Assembly: GCA_051531995.1 (NCBI GenBank)
Contig: JAOPTU010000012.1
Span: 28,430-92,429 of the forward strand
Reading direction: 5' to 3'
Length of the DNA stretch: 64,000 nt
Source: Desulfotalea sp.
Lineage (GTDB): Bacteria > Desulfobacterota > Desulfobulbia > Desulfobulbales > Desulfocapsaceae
The position numbers and the translations under genes are program-made. This document shows positions 28,207 to 41,307 of the stretch, one piece after another. Numbering within the stretch: position 1 is the first letter of the stretch; each line of letters begins with the position of its first letter. The notes beneath the pieces were generated by a model that was given only the letters and a program-made list of their open reading frames with translations, had not been told where the DNA came from and searched no databases.

Positions 28207-28556
28207 CTATCTTTTCCTATATTATTTTATTGTTTTTTTAAGCAATTTTTACTAAAATGATCGAACTTTGTTTTTCATATATATATATGTTTTAACGAGT
28301 TAATTTTCTTTACCTATTTTATAGAAAATTAACTTATCAACATAGTTATCAACACTTTACCAAGAGGCATTGTTAAAAGAGTTGTGGAAAACTTCTTAAT
28401 ACCATTGTTAATAAGTATTTTTTAACAAAATAGCTATTTTAAAGAACACCTAATAGTTTATAACTTTTCACCAAATTTCAATATTTTACCCAGTTTATCA
28501 ACATATCAACGGGTTTAATAGTAATAATAAAAAACTATATTATTAAAGGAGTTTCT
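28207..28556. other. candidate chromosomal replication origin (DnaA-box cluster + AT tract)
   Basis: TTATCAACA at 28334-28342, 28346-28354 and 28495-28503. TTTTCCACA on the minus strand at 28383-28391. Each is 1 mismatch from TTATCCACA. (AT)n tract CATATATATATATG near 28277-28290. Directly upstream of dnaN. Confidence 0.55.
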
Positions 28557-29687
28557 ATGCCTCTTCAGTGCACAGTTGAAACAAAAGACCTCTTAGAAGG
28601 TATCAGCAGTTTACAAAATATCACAAACAAACCTGGCACTATGCCTATTCTGTACAATGTTCTTATTGAAACAGTTAGTGGTGGTTTATGTCTTACAGGT
28701 ACAGATCTTGAGATAGGTTTAAAAATATTTATAAAAGCAGATATTCTTCAAGAAGGTTCTATTACATTACCTTCAAAGAAAATATTTGAAATCCTTCGTG
28801 AATCTGGATCTGATCAAATATCTATAAATGAACAAAAAAATTCATGGGTTATTATTACAGCAGGACTTAGTACCTATAACCTTGCAGGGCTTGCAAAAGA
28901 TGATTTCCCTGAATTTCCAGAGTATGAAGAATCTAACTTTACTACTTTTGATAGCTATGTTTTCCAAGAATTGATAGAAAAAATTATATTCTCTGTGGCT
29001 AACAATACAGAAAACATTTATACACTTACTTCTGTTCTTGTAGAAAAAGAGCAAAGAGAAGATAAAAATTATCTTAAAATGATCTCTTCTGATGGGCATA
29101 GGCTGTCTATTATGGAAAAAGAGGTAGCTAATGACCTATCTGAATTTAATATTCAGCCACTGACCTTGGTGCCGAAAAAAGGAATTCAAGAATGGAAAAA
29201 GTTTTGTGATTTAAGAGATAATGTAGATGTTTCGTTTGAACATGATAAATTAGTACTTAAAAATGACCAAGATGTTATGGTTATAAGTCTAAAAAAAGGT
29301 GATTTCCCTCAATACAAAGCTATTGTTGATGCTGTTGATTTAGAAAATAATATGGCAATACCAAGAATTCCTTTTCTTGAATCTTTAAAAAGAATTAGTC
29401 TTTTCACCGAAGATATTTTTAATACTATTCAAATAAGAATTAGTAATGATCTTGTAGTACTATCATCACATAATGCAGATATTGGTAATGCTAAAGATGA
29501 ACAAGCAATAGAATATTCAGGGGAAGAACTAAATCTCGGTTTTAACTGTAGATATTTTATTGATACTCTACAAGTTATGGAATGTGAAAAAATCAAAGCT
29601 TATATAAATTCTAGTAATAGTCCATGTTTAATAAAATCAGACGAAGATGTCGGTTTTACTAGTATTATCATGCCAATGCAGCTTTAG
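28557..29687 (+). CDS. dnaN: DNA polymerase III beta sliding clamp
   Basis: 376 aa. Three-domain clamp pattern and C-terminal IIMPMQL. Confidence 0.95.
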   Translation: MPLQCTVETKDLLEGISSLQNITNKPGTMPILYNVLIETVSGGLCLTGTDLEIGLKIFIKADILQEGSITLPSKKIFEILRESGSDQISINEQKNSWVIITAGLSTYNLAGLAKDDFPEFPEYEESNFTTFDSYVFQELIEKIIFSVANNTENIYTLTSVLVEKEQREDKNYLKMISSDGHRLSIMEKEVANDLSEFNIQPLTLVPKKGIQEWKKFCDLRDNVDVSFEHDKLVLKNDQDVMVISLKKGDFPQYKAIVDAVDLENNMAIPRIPFLESLKRISLFTEDIFNTIQIRISNDLVVLSSHNADIGNAKDEQAIEYSGEELNLGFNCRYFIDTLQVMECEKIKAYINSSNSPCLIKSDEDVGFTSIIMPMQL

Positions 29688-29794
29688 ACTAAAAAATTTA
29701 GATTTTATTTTCATATACAAAAGTAATTTCTAAAAGTTATATTTTTATATCAATTTAGATTTTTAAATATAATTTTTAAAAGTACCCAAAGTAA

Positions 29795-32230
<2,436 letters not shown>

Positions 32231-32364
32231 AGCATAAATAATACTTAGAAAATTCTGCGAAATAGTTCAAATTTTATGTTTATAAAAAAAATTGAATAAA
32301 TCGACAGTTTTCCAAGCTAAACTAAAAATCTTGGAATTTATAAAAGTCTAGGACTAGAGGTTTT

Positions 32365-34851
32365 ATGAGCGCTGAAAACGAAGAAATTAAAGAAACTTTT
32401 CCTCAAATATCTATAGAAAAAGAATTACAAAAATCATACCTTGATTATGCCATGAGTGTAATTATAGGTCGTGCTTTGCCGGATGTTAGGGATGGATTAA
32501 AACCTGTTCACCGTCGTGCATTATTTGCCATGCGTGAGTTAGGTGTTGCTTATAATAGACCTTATGTAAAATCTGCCCGTATTGTCGGTGATGTTATTGG
32601 TAAATACCATCCACATGGTGATAGTGCAGCCTATGAAACTATTGTTCGAATGGCACAGGATTTTTCCATGCGTTATCCTTTGGTTGATGGCCAGGGTAAC
32701 TTTGGTTCTATGGATGGTGATTCTGCAGCTGCAATGCGTTATACAGAAGCTAGGATGACCCGTATAGATACAGAGATTGTCGCTGATCTTGATAAAGATA
32801 CTGTTGATTTTATTCCGACCTATGATAACTCAATGACTGAGCCTTCGGTTATGCCGAGTAAGATTCCGGCTCTTTTAATTAATGGATCTTCAGGTATTGC
32901 TGTTGGTATGGCAACTAATATTCCACCACACAATATTACCGAGGTTATTAATGGTTTACTCGCTTTAGCGGATAATCCTAATATAACAGTTCATGAATTG
33001 ATGGATATTATTACAGGACCTGATTTTCCTACAGGTGCTCAAATATGTGGTCGTAGTGGTATTCGTGAAGGTTACGAAACAGGCCGTGGAATTGTTATAA
33101 TGCGTGCTCTTACCCATATTGAGAAAAATAAGGATGGAAGCAGGGAAGCAATAATCATAACTGAGATTCCGTATCAGCAAAACAAGGCCGTTCTAGTAGA
33201 AAAAATAGCTCATCTTGTAAAAGATAAGAAGATTGAATCAATATCAGAGGTTCGTGACGAATCTGATCGTCATGGTCTAAGAGTTGTTATAGAACTAAAG
33301 AAAAATGAGAATGCTGATGTAGTTATTAACCAGCTTTATAAGATGACACCAATGCAAAAAAGTTTTGGTATTAATCTTTTAGCTATTGTTAATAACAAAC
33401 CAATGCTTCTAAATCTAAAACAAATTTTAGAGCATTTTCTGGTTCATCGTCGTGTAATTGTTTATCGCCGTACTGCTTTTGAATTAGGTAAAGCAGAAGA
33501 AAAAGCGCATATTTTAGAAGGATTAAATATTGCTATTAACAATCTCGATGAGGTTGTGGCACTTATTAAAGCATCCAAAAATCCTAGCGAAGCTAAGCAG
33601 GGTTTAATTGATCGTTTTGAACTTAGTCCAGTTCAAGCCCAGACAATTCTTGATATGCGTCTGCAAAGACTAACAGGTCTTGAGCGAGATAAAATTGCTA
33701 CTGAGTATGAGGCTATATTAAAAGAAATAGATAGACTTCGTGCTATTTTAGCTGATGATGGTCAAGTTCTACAGATAATTAAAGATGAGTTTACTTCTAT
33801 TTTAGAAATCTACGGTGATGATAGACGTACCGAAATCATTGATGCTGTTGATGAAATTCTACCGGAAGATTTAATTGCTCCAGAAGAAATGGCAGTAACA
33901 GTAACTCATTCTGGTTTTATTAAGCGTAATCCAGTTGCTCTTTATCGTTCCCAGCATCGTGGTGGTAAGGGTGTTAGTGGTGCTAAAAATATTGAAGAAG
34001 ATTTTGTTTCAGATCTTTATGTAGCTTCAACACTTGATACATTTTTATTCTTTACCAATGAAGGAAAAGTTTTCTGGAGAAAGGTTTATCAACTACCAAT
34101 GGTTGGTCGCACAGCTCGTGGTAAGGCAATTGTTAATTTACTAGAGTTAAGTGATAACGAGAAAATAGCCGCAATTCTACCGATTGCTTCTTTTGAAGAT
34201 GAAGATAAGTCTAAGACCATTCTTATGGTTACAAAACAAGGTCGTATAAAGAAGACTTCTCTACAAGAATTCAAAAAGCCACTTAGAAAAGGAAAACGAG
34301 CCCTAACAATTAATGAAGGTGATGAAATAATTGGTGCGTATATCCTTAATGGTAATGATAGTGTTATGCTTTTCACTACAAAAGGTAAAACAATCCATTT
34401 TAATGAAACTGATGTCCGTACCATGGGCCGTACAGCAGCTGGTGTACGTGGCATAAACCTTATCGGCGATGATGAGGTTGTTAGTGCTATTGTTGCATCG
34501 TCTGATGAATCTATCTTAGTGGTAACTGAGCATGGTTTTGGTAAACGTAGTCCTTTAGAAGAATATCGTTTGCAGAAACGTGGTGGTAAAGGAATTATAG
34601 CTATCAAACAATCTGAAAGAAACGGCAAATTAATCTCTGCTGAACAAGTTAGTGATGAAGATGAGATTATGATTATTGCTGATTCTGGCAAAATGATTCG
34701 TATGAATCTAAGTGCTGTAAGAGTTATTGGTAGAGCTTCACAAGGTGTAAAACTTATTAATCTTGAAAATAATGAAAAGGTTGTAAGTATGGATACCGTT
34801 GCTCCTGAAGATGATTCTGAGGACGAAGTTGAATTAACAGAAGGTGAGTAA
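32365..34851 (+). CDS. gyrA: DNA gyrase subunit A
   Basis: 828 aa. GKYHPHGD (QRDR) and [10 protein letters not shown] active-site Tyr motif. Confidence 0.97.
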   Translation: MSAENEEIKETFPQISIEKELQKSYLDYAMSVIIGRALPDVRDGLKPVHRRALFAMRELGVAYNRPYVKSARIVGDVIGKYHPHGDSAAYETIVRMAQDFSMRYPLVDGQGNFGSMDGDSAAAMRYTEARMTRIDTEIVADLDKDTVDFIPTYDNSMTEPSVMPSKIPALLINGSSGIAVGMATNIPPHNITEVINGLLALADNPNITVHELMDIITGPDFPTGAQICGRSGIREGYETGRGIVIMRALTHIEKNKDGSREAIIITEIPYQQNKAVLVEKIAHLVKDKKIESISEVRDESDRHGLRVVIELKKNENADVVINQLYKMTPMQKSFGINLLAIVNNKPMLLNLKQILEHFLVHRRVIVYRRTAFELGKAEEKAHILEGLNIAINNLDEVVALIKASKNPSEAKQGLIDRFELSPVQAQTILDMRLQRLTGLERDKIATEYEAILKEIDRLRAILADDGQVLQIIKDEFTSILEIYGDDRRTEIIDAVDEILPEDLIAPEEMAVTVTHSGFIKRNPVALYRSQHRGGKGVSGAKNIEEDFVSDLYVASTLDTFLFFTNEGKVFWRKVYQLPMVGRTARGKAIVNLLELSDNEKIAAILPIASFEDEDKSKTILMVTKQGRIKKTSLQEFKKPLRKGKRALTINEGDEIIGAYILNGNDSVMLFTTKGKTIHFNETDVRTMGRTAAGVRGINLIGDDEVVSAIVASSDESILVVTEHGFGKRSPLEEYRLQKRGGKGIIAIKQSERNGKLISAEQVSDEDEIMIIADSGKMIRMNLSAVRVIGRASQGVKLINLENNEKVVSMDTVAPEDDSEDEVELTEGE

Positions 34852-35856
34852 TTGAAAAGCACTATAGCTGTTATAGGAGCAGGATCGTGGGGAACAGCCC
34901 TTGCGATTCTGCTTTCTTCAAAAAAACATAAAGTTCGATTGTGGGGACATAATTCTGATCATGTCTCTAACCTATCTGAAGATCGGGTAAATAGTAAATA
35001 TTTGCCTGATATCCCATTTCCTACCTCTTTAGTTGTAACAAGTTCTCTAGCTGAAGCATTGATTAATGTTGATATTGTTCTCATGGTTGTTCCGAGCCAT
35101 GTTTTTCGTATAGTTTTTCGAGAAATAAGTGATCTTATACAAGATAATAGTAAAATAATTTCTGCTGTTAAAGGTATAGAAAACAATACATTATGTAGTA
35201 TGCACCAGGTAATGACAGAAGAAATGAAAAATGCAGGTAAAACTTTTGAATTAGGAGTTTTGTCTGGACCATCATTTGCCAAAGAAGTAGCCATGCAACA
35301 ACCTACAGCTGTGACAATTGGTTTCTCTTCTATAGAGACAGCTAAATTAAGCCAAGATATGTTTAGTACAGATTATTTCAGAGTTTATACCAGTACTGAT
35401 ATTGAAGGCTTAGAGTTAAGCGGAGCCTATAAAAACGTTATAGCTATCGCTGCTGGTATTTGTGATGGTCTAAGTTTTGGAACAAATACACGGGCAGCAC
35501 TTATAACCAGAGGTTTAGCAGAAATGCAGCGTGTAGGTATAGCTTTAGGAGCTGACATAGCGACTTTTGCAGGATTGAGTGGTCTAGGTGATCTACTTTT
35601 AACCTGTACTGGTGATTTAAGCCGAAATAGAAATGTTGGTTTGCAATTGGGTAAAGGCCATAAAATTGAGCAGATAGAAAATGATATGTATATGGTGGCA
35701 GAAGGAGTTAAAACCACCAAAAGTATATATCATTTAGTGCAAAAATTAAATGTAGATACTCCTATTATAAATGAAGTATATAATATTATTTATAGACAGA
35801 AAGATTGCAGAAAAGCTGTTAAAGATTTACTCGATCGAGAATTAAAAAAAGAGTAA
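34852..35856 (+). CDS. gpsA: NAD(P)H-dependent glycerol-3-phosphate dehydrogenase
   Basis: 334 aa. GAGSWGTALA Rossmann motif, GLSGLGDLLLTC. TTG start abutting the gyrA stop. Confidence 0.9.
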   Translation: MKSTIAVIGAGSWGTALAILLSSKKHKVRLWGHNSDHVSNLSEDRVNSKYLPDIPFPTSLVVTSSLAEALINVDIVLMVVPSHVFRIVFREISDLIQDNSKIISAVKGIENNTLCSMHQVMTEEMKNAGKTFELGVLSGPSFAKEVAMQQPTAVTIGFSSIETAKLSQDMFSTDYFRVYTSTDIEGLELSGAYKNVIAIAAGICDGLSFGTNTRAALITRGLAEMQRVGIALGADIATFAGLSGLGDLLLTCTGDLSRNRNVGLQLGKGHKIEQIENDMYMVAEGVKTTKSIYHLVQKLNVDTPIINEVYNIIYRQKDCRKAVKDLLDRELKKE

Positions 35857-36051
35857 AAATGTATGCTAATCAAAAGGTTTTAAGGCGTATTGTGTGATGA
35901 AATAGAATCTAATTTAGAGAGGATAGGCATTTTGCACGTAGCCCAGAAACCAGTTATATGGATGGTTTTTTCAAATTCAGTAACAATTAATAGTAATGCA
36001 TTTATTGGTGTAGTTTACTAGCAAGTGTTTTTAATAATATAGGGAGGAAAA

Positions 36052-36264
36052 ATGAAAAAGATTAAAAATGGGTTTGTTTTCACATTGATTATTTTATCAC
36101 TAACCTTGGTTGGTTGTGGTGGCGGTCCAAAATCAGAGGCTGGTATTACAACTACTTCTCTTGGTCTAGAGCTGACCGATCTTAATAAAGCGCATAGCGT
36201 TGGTGCAATTACTGATAAAGAGTATAAATCAGCTAAAAAAAATCTTATCAATAGATTCAAATAA
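36052..36264 (+). CDS. small lipoprotein with SHOCT-like C-terminus
   Basis: 70 aa. Lipobox LVGCGG. C-terminal ITDKEYKSAKKNLINRF resembles the SHOCT motif. Confidence 0.6.
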   Translation: MKKIKNGFVFTLIILSLTLVGCGGGPKSEAGITTTSLGLELTDLNKAHSVGAITDKEYKSAKKNLINRFK

Positions 36265-36283
36265 AATACGAGAGAGGATATAA

Positions 36284-36523
36284 ATGCAGAAATTGTGTCG
36301 TTTTAATATTTCATTGCTTTTGTTGGTTGGATTAATTTGTGTGTTACCGCTTGGCGGATGTGGTGGAACACAGAAGGTTGAAGTTCAAAACAAATCTCTA
36401 ATTCAAACAACAGGAACACTCGGAAGTCAATTGATTGATCTCCACACAACTTATCAGGCTGGTACTTTAACAGAGAAAGAATATAAGTCTTTGAAGAACT
36501 CTTTGTTAAAAAAGTATAAATGA
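36284..36523 (+). CDS. small lipoprotein with SHOCT-like C-terminus (tandem paralogue)
   Basis: 79 aa. Lipobox LGGCGG. C-terminal LTEKEYKSLKNSLLKKY. Same architecture as the preceding gene. Confidence 0.6.
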   Translation: MQKLCRFNISLLLLVGLICVLPLGGCGGTQKVEVQNKSLIQTTGTLGSQLIDLHTTYQAGTLTEKEYKSLKNSLLKKYK

Positions 36524-36620
36524 TCAAATCAGCTAAAAGACAGCAATTATTAATATATTGATAGAGTAAGTTTTTGCAGATTAAAACTACAAATTTATCA
36601 TTTACATATTCGCATAAGTT

Positions 36621-36654
36621 AATGGCTGCACAGTATTTTAACTGTGCAGCCATT
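36621..36654 (+). terminator. strong hairpin, probable terminator
   Basis: Perfect 14-bp stem AATGGCTGCACAGT / ACTGTGCAGCCATT with a 6-nt loop, followed by the T-rich ATTGTTT. Confidence 0.55.
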
Positions 36655-36821
36655 ATTGTTTAATTGGCCCATACCTAACTAAGAATAAGTTGTTACGTTT
36701 GGCGAGAATGATCCTTCAAAACAGATAATCCTACAGGTAGGTTGCCTCAATAGATATTACCTTAAAAGTACAGTTGTGTTAGTTTTTGTTTCAATAATTA
36801 ATAAACAAATTTTAGGTTCTT

Positions 36822-38030
36822 ATGAAATTTCTCCACACTTCAGACTGGCACCTTGGTAAGCGATTATATGGACGAGATCGGCAAGATGAATTTGTCAAAT
36901 TCCTAGACTGGTTAGACCAAATAATAATAGAAGAAAATATAGATGTCTTGTTGGTAGCAGGCGATATTTTTGATACGACTCTAGCAAGTAATAAAGCCCA
37001 AAAATTATATTATAAATTCCTTTTTAAGGTAGCTACTGGTTCCTGCAAACATGTGATTATTATAGCTGGTAACCATGATTCCCCATCATTTTTAAATGCC
37101 CCCAAAGATTTACTTAAAGCCCTCGATGTTCATATAATTTCTTCAAAAACTGATGAGCTTGAAGATGAAATCATCTGCTTAACAGAAGATGGAGTCGAAA
37201 AAGCTGTAATCTGTGCTATTCCCTATTTAAGAGATAGAGATGTTAGACGTGTTGTTGCTGGCGAAAGTATAGATGATAAACAACATAATTTAATATCGGG
37301 TATAGAAGATCATTATCAGCAGGTGACTAAACTAGCTTTAGAAAAAAAAGGGACAAAAAGTATTCCGATTATTGGCATGGGCCATCTATTTACCATGGGT
37401 GGGAAAACAATTGATAACGATGGTGTCCGTGATCTTTATGTGGGTAACCTTGTAAGTGTGAATGCAAAAAACATAGCAAATGGTTTTGATTATTTAGCAC
37501 TAGGGCACTTACATGTTCCACAGATAGTGGCAAAAAAAGATAATATTCGCTATAGCGGTTCCCCAATTCCCATAGGTTTTGGGGAGGCAAAACAAGAAAA
37601 AGAGATCATTATATTTACTTTTGCTAGTGATAAGCCATTAGATATAAAAGTAAAAAACGTTCCTGTTTTTCAGAAGTTACAAGCTATAAAGGGAAGTTTA
37701 GAACAGATAAAAAAAGAGATATCTATAGCAAAAGATAAAAATGAATCTATCTGGCTGGAGATAGAATATACCGATAAAACCCCTGAACCAAATTTAAGAG
37801 AAGAAGTAGAGCAGGCGGTAAAAGATAGTGATTTAGAAGTAAGAATAATAAAGAATCAAGCTAGTAGATATACTGCACTTAAAAGTGATACAAAAGAAAA
37901 TTTAAGTGATATTGAACCGGAAGAAGTCTTTAAACGGTGTCTTGAAAATAATGAAATAGAAGGTGAAAAGATAGAATTACTACAGGCGGCATATAAAGAA
38001 ATACTTCAAAATATTTACGAGGAATCATAG
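36822..38030 (+). CDS. sbcD: exonuclease SbcCD, nuclease subunit D
   Basis: 402 aa. HTSDWHLG, AGDIFD, GNHD, GHLH phosphoesterase motifs. Confidence 0.9.
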   Translation: MKFLHTSDWHLGKRLYGRDRQDEFVKFLDWLDQIIIEENIDVLLVAGDIFDTTLASNKAQKLYYKFLFKVATGSCKHVIIIAGNHDSPSFLNAPKDLLKALDVHIISSKTDELEDEIICLTEDGVEKAVICAIPYLRDRDVRRVVAGESIDDKQHNLISGIEDHYQQVTKLALEKKGTKSIPIIGMGHLFTMGGKTIDNDGVRDLYVGNLVSVNAKNIANGFDYLALGHLHVPQIVAKKDNIRYSGSPIPIGFGEAKQEKEIIIFTFASDKPLDIKVKNVPVFQKLQAIKGSLEQIKKEISIAKDKNESIWLEIEYTDKTPEPNLREEVEQAVKDSDLEVRIIKNQASRYTALKSDTKENLSDIEPEEVFKRCLENNEIEGEKIELLQAAYKEILQNIYEES

Positions 38031-38032
38031 CA

Positions 38033-41000
38033 ATGAGAATTTTGAAGGTGCGTCTTAAAAATCTTAATTCATTGGTTGGCGAATGGGAAATAGATTTTAC
38101 ATCACAAGAGTATCAAGCAGATGCTTTATTTTCCATTACAGGGCCTACAGGCTCAGGTAAATCAACAATTCTAGATGCTATCTGTCTTGCCCTTTATGGC
38201 AAAACCCCAAGACTTGAGAAGGTAAACGCTAGTACTAACGAAATCATGTCTAAAAAGACAGGTGAGTGCTTTTCGGAGGTAGAATTTTCTTGTGCTAAAG
38301 GACATTATCGTTGCCACTGGAGTCATAGAAGAGCTAAAAATAGGCCTGAAGGTAAATTACAATCAGCAAAACACGAGATTATAGATGTTGAAACAAACAA
38401 GGTTATTGAGGAAAAATTAAGTCTTGTTTGTGGTGTGGTAGAAGATAAAACGGGAATGGATTTTATTCGTTTTACCAGGTCTATTCTTCTAGCTCAGGGA
38501 GAATTTGATACATTTTTAAAAGCTAGTGCAGATGAAAGATCACCAATTCTAGAACAAATTACAGGTACGGAAATTTATAGTGAAATATCTATAAAAGTTC
38601 ATGAAAGACATAGGTTAGAAGAGAAAAAGTTACAGGACATAGAATCATCCATTGGCAATATCCAAGTGATGGAAAAGGATGAGGAAATAGAATTAGGTTT
38701 AAATTTAGAAAGACTAGAAACTAAGAAGAACATAGATGATACATGCATAAAAAAGCAAGTAACTATAGTTGATTGGCTTAAAAGCATCACTCTATTAGAA
38801 AATAATTTAATTGAGATAGAATTAGAAAATAAGCATTTTTTAGTAAAAGAAGAATCTATAAAAAATGAAAGATTCAAACTATTAACAGCAGAAAAAGCAT
38901 CACAGCTTGATGGTGATTATTCACAATTAAAAACTTTAAGGTCAGAACAAAGTAAAGAAAATGTAATATTGCTGAGTAATAAAAAAATACAGCCTAAAAT
39001 TACCAAGGAATTAGAGCAGCTGGAAGAGTTGTTTGATGTTAGTAAAAAGAATATTAAAAATGCAAAGAAAGAGCAGGAAGAAAAGTTAATTACTATTCAA
39101 CAAGCTAAAGTTTATGACACTCAACTATCTGAAATAAAAATACAATTAAGCAAAGAAAAAAACGCAGTAACACAAATTAATAAAAGTAGAGAAAACCTTA
39201 AAAAAGAACAAGAATTAGCGAAAAAAGACTTAAAAAATAATAATATAAAAATTAAAAAAACTCTAACTTATCTACAAAACAACAAAGGTGATGAAACCTT
39301 AATATCATCTTTAGCTGGAATTGAAGAGCAGTTAAAAAATTATATAAAATTGATAGATGAAGGAAAAAAAGCTAGTGCTAACAGGGATTCAGCAAAAAAT
39401 TTAGCTGAACAAAAAAGCAAAGTTTTAGCTGAATTAATAAATAAGTATGATTCTTTTTTGAATAGTCATAAAAAAATAATTGATCTTATTACTGAAAATA
39501 AAAAACAAAGGGAATCCCTTTTAAAAGGTAAACACCTCAGAGAATTAGTAGTCCAAAAAGACAATTTAAATCGAGAAATATCATATATAAACAAAATAAT
39601 TAGCTTAGAAGAAGAACGAGATAAATTAAAAAAAGATAAACCCTGTCCTCTGTGCGGTTCCACCCACCATCCACTTTTAGAAGATAAAATTCCAAGCCTT
39701 GATCAAAAAGAAATAGCACTAAAAGACGTCGAAATGTTAATTGAAAAAATTGATAAAATCGATGATAAAATAAAGACATACGAGAAAGAAGAAAAAAGAA
39801 GTCAGGAACAAATAAGCAAATTAGAAATTGAAAAAACAAAGGTTAAAACAGAGTACCAAGCTTTAGAAAGGGAAATAACAGTAAAGGAAGAAGTTAGGGT
39901 AAAATATGTAACTGAATATAAAGAACTAAATAACCAAATTTCAGCTTATTTAAAAACATTTAAAATCCATAATATTAATAATATAGAAGATACTAATAAA
40001 GCATTAGGCGAGCTTAAAAAACGAGCATCAAATTATACAGAGTATCAATCTAATAAGGATGTATTTGAAAAAAAGATTATTGGTGATAAGGCAAATGTAG
40101 ATAATATAGATAATCTTTTGAAAGAAAATAAAACCCAACTTTTAACTAACATCCAAGCATTAGAATCTTTAACTGTAAAAATATCAGCAATACAATTACA
40201 AAGGGATAATTTAGGACTAACCTATGAGCTTGATAAATTATCTGAAAAGTTATCTACAAATGTTGCTAATGCTGAGCAAAAAAATGAAATTTGCCAAAAA
40301 AATAGGCAAGATAAAGTATTAGAAAAAGGTAATCTAGAAAGTTCTATTATTAGTCTAGGTAAGAGTATTGAACAGAGGCTAAGACAAATATTAGAAAACG
40401 AGGCTGTTTTTTTAGCTTCACTTGCACAATTAGGTTTTAAAACAGAAAACGAATATTTAGCCTCAAAACTTGATAATGAAACACTTTTAGAATTGAGAAA
40501 TTTAATTAATAATCACGATAAAACAAAGATTAGTTTAGAAAATAGAACCAAAGAAAATAGAGATAAATTAAAACTAGAAAAAGACAAAAAGTTAAGCGAA
40601 AAAAGTACAGAAACGGAGAACAATAGTCTTCTTTCATTAACAGAAGACTATAATTTACTTTTAGAAGAAATAGGTAGTCAAAAAGAAAAAATTCAAAATA
40701 ATCAAGAAGCTAAGAATCTAATTAAAAAGCATCAATCTGTTTTGGATGGACAACGTAAAGAAACTAGTAAATGGAAGCTTCTTTACACTCTAATTGGTTC
40801 GGCTGACGGTAAGAAATATCGTAATTTTGCCCAAGGGTTAACCTTTGATATCATGATTGACCACGCTAACAAACAGCTTGTGAATATGAACGATCGTTAC
40901 CTGTTAGCTCGTAATATCCATCCATCTAAACCACTTGATTTACTGGTGGTAGACAATTATCAAGCTGGAGAAGAAAGATCCACTCAAAACCTATCTGGTG

Positions 41001-41290
41001 GCGAAAGTTTTATTATAAGCCTAGCACTTGCCTTGGGGCTATCTAGTATGGCCAGCCAAAAAATGAGGGTTGATTCATTATTTTTAGATGAAGGTTTTGG
41101 AACATTGGATGAGGATTCTTTGAGTACAGCCCTTGAAACATTGGCTTCTTTGCGTGGTGATGATAAGTTAATTGGTGTTATTTCTCATGTTCCTGCCTTA
41201 AAAGAGAGGATAGGAAATCAAATATCTGTTACACCTAGTAACTCTGGAAATAGTAAAATAACTGGTCCTGGTTGTAAGCAAATTAATTAA
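38033..41290 (+). CDS. sbcC: exonuclease SbcCD, ATPase subunit C
   Basis: 1085 aa. Walker A GPTGSGKST, long coiled coil with a CPLC zinc hook, signature LSGGE, Walker B LFLDEGFG. Confidence 0.9.
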   Translation: MRILKVRLKNLNSLVGEWEIDFTSQEYQADALFSITGPTGSGKSTILDAICLALYGKTPRLEKVNASTNEIMSKKTGECFSEVEFSCAKGHYRCHWSHRRAKNRPEGKLQSAKHEIIDVETNKVIEEKLSLVCGVVEDKTGMDFIRFTRSILLAQGEFDTFLKASADERSPILEQITGTEIYSEISIKVHERHRLEEKKLQDIESSIGNIQVMEKDEEIELGLNLERLETKKNIDDTCIKKQVTIVDWLKSITLLENNLIEIELENKHFLVKEESIKNERFKLLTAEKASQLDGDYSQLKTLRSEQSKENVILLSNKKIQPKITKELEQLEELFDVSKKNIKNAKKEQEEKLITIQQAKVYDTQLSEIKIQLSKEKNAVTQINKSRENLKKEQELAKKDLKNNNIKIKKTLTYLQNNKGDETLISSLAGIEEQLKNYIKLIDEGKKASANRDSAKNLAEQKSKVLAELINKYDSFLNSHKKIIDLITENKKQRESLLKGKHLRELVVQKDNLNREISYINKIISLEEERDKLKKDKPCPLCGSTHHPLLEDKIPSLDQKEIALKDVEMLIEKIDKIDDKIKTYEKEEKRSQEQISKLEIEKTKVKTEYQALEREITVKEEVRVKYVTEYKELNNQISAYLKTFKIHNINNIEDTNKALGELKKRASNYTEYQSNKDVFEKKIIGDKANVDNIDNLLKENKTQLLTNIQALESLTVKISAIQLQRDNLGLTYELDKLSEKLSTNVANAEQKNEICQKNRQDKVLEKGNLESSIISLGKSIEQRLRQILENEAVFLASLAQLGFKTENEYLASKLDNETLLELRNLINNHDKTKISLENRTKENRDKLKLEKDKKLSEKSTETENNSLLSLTEDYNLLLEEIGSQKEKIQNNQEAKNLIKKHQSVLDGQRKETSKWKLLYTLIGSADGKKYRNFAQGLTFDIMIDHANKQLVNMNDRYLLARNIHPSKPLDLLVVDNYQAGEERSTQNLSGGESFIISLALALGLSSMASQKMRVDSLFLDEGFGTLDEDSLSTALETLASLRGDDKLIGVISHVPALKERIGNQISVTPSNSGNSKITGPGCKQIN

Positions 41291-41307
41291 TAAAAATAAA
41301 TATAAAA

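Noticed and set aside
34089-34862. 257-aa ORF antisense to gyrA
   Set aside because: It lies entirely inside the well-supported gyrA frame. The product is Ser/Ile/Leu-rich and low-complexity, typical of a shadow ORF.
36303-36653. 116-aa minus-strand ORF
   Set aside because: It is antisense to the second SHOCT lipoprotein gene and runs through the 14-bp terminator hairpin. It has no RBS or family resemblance.
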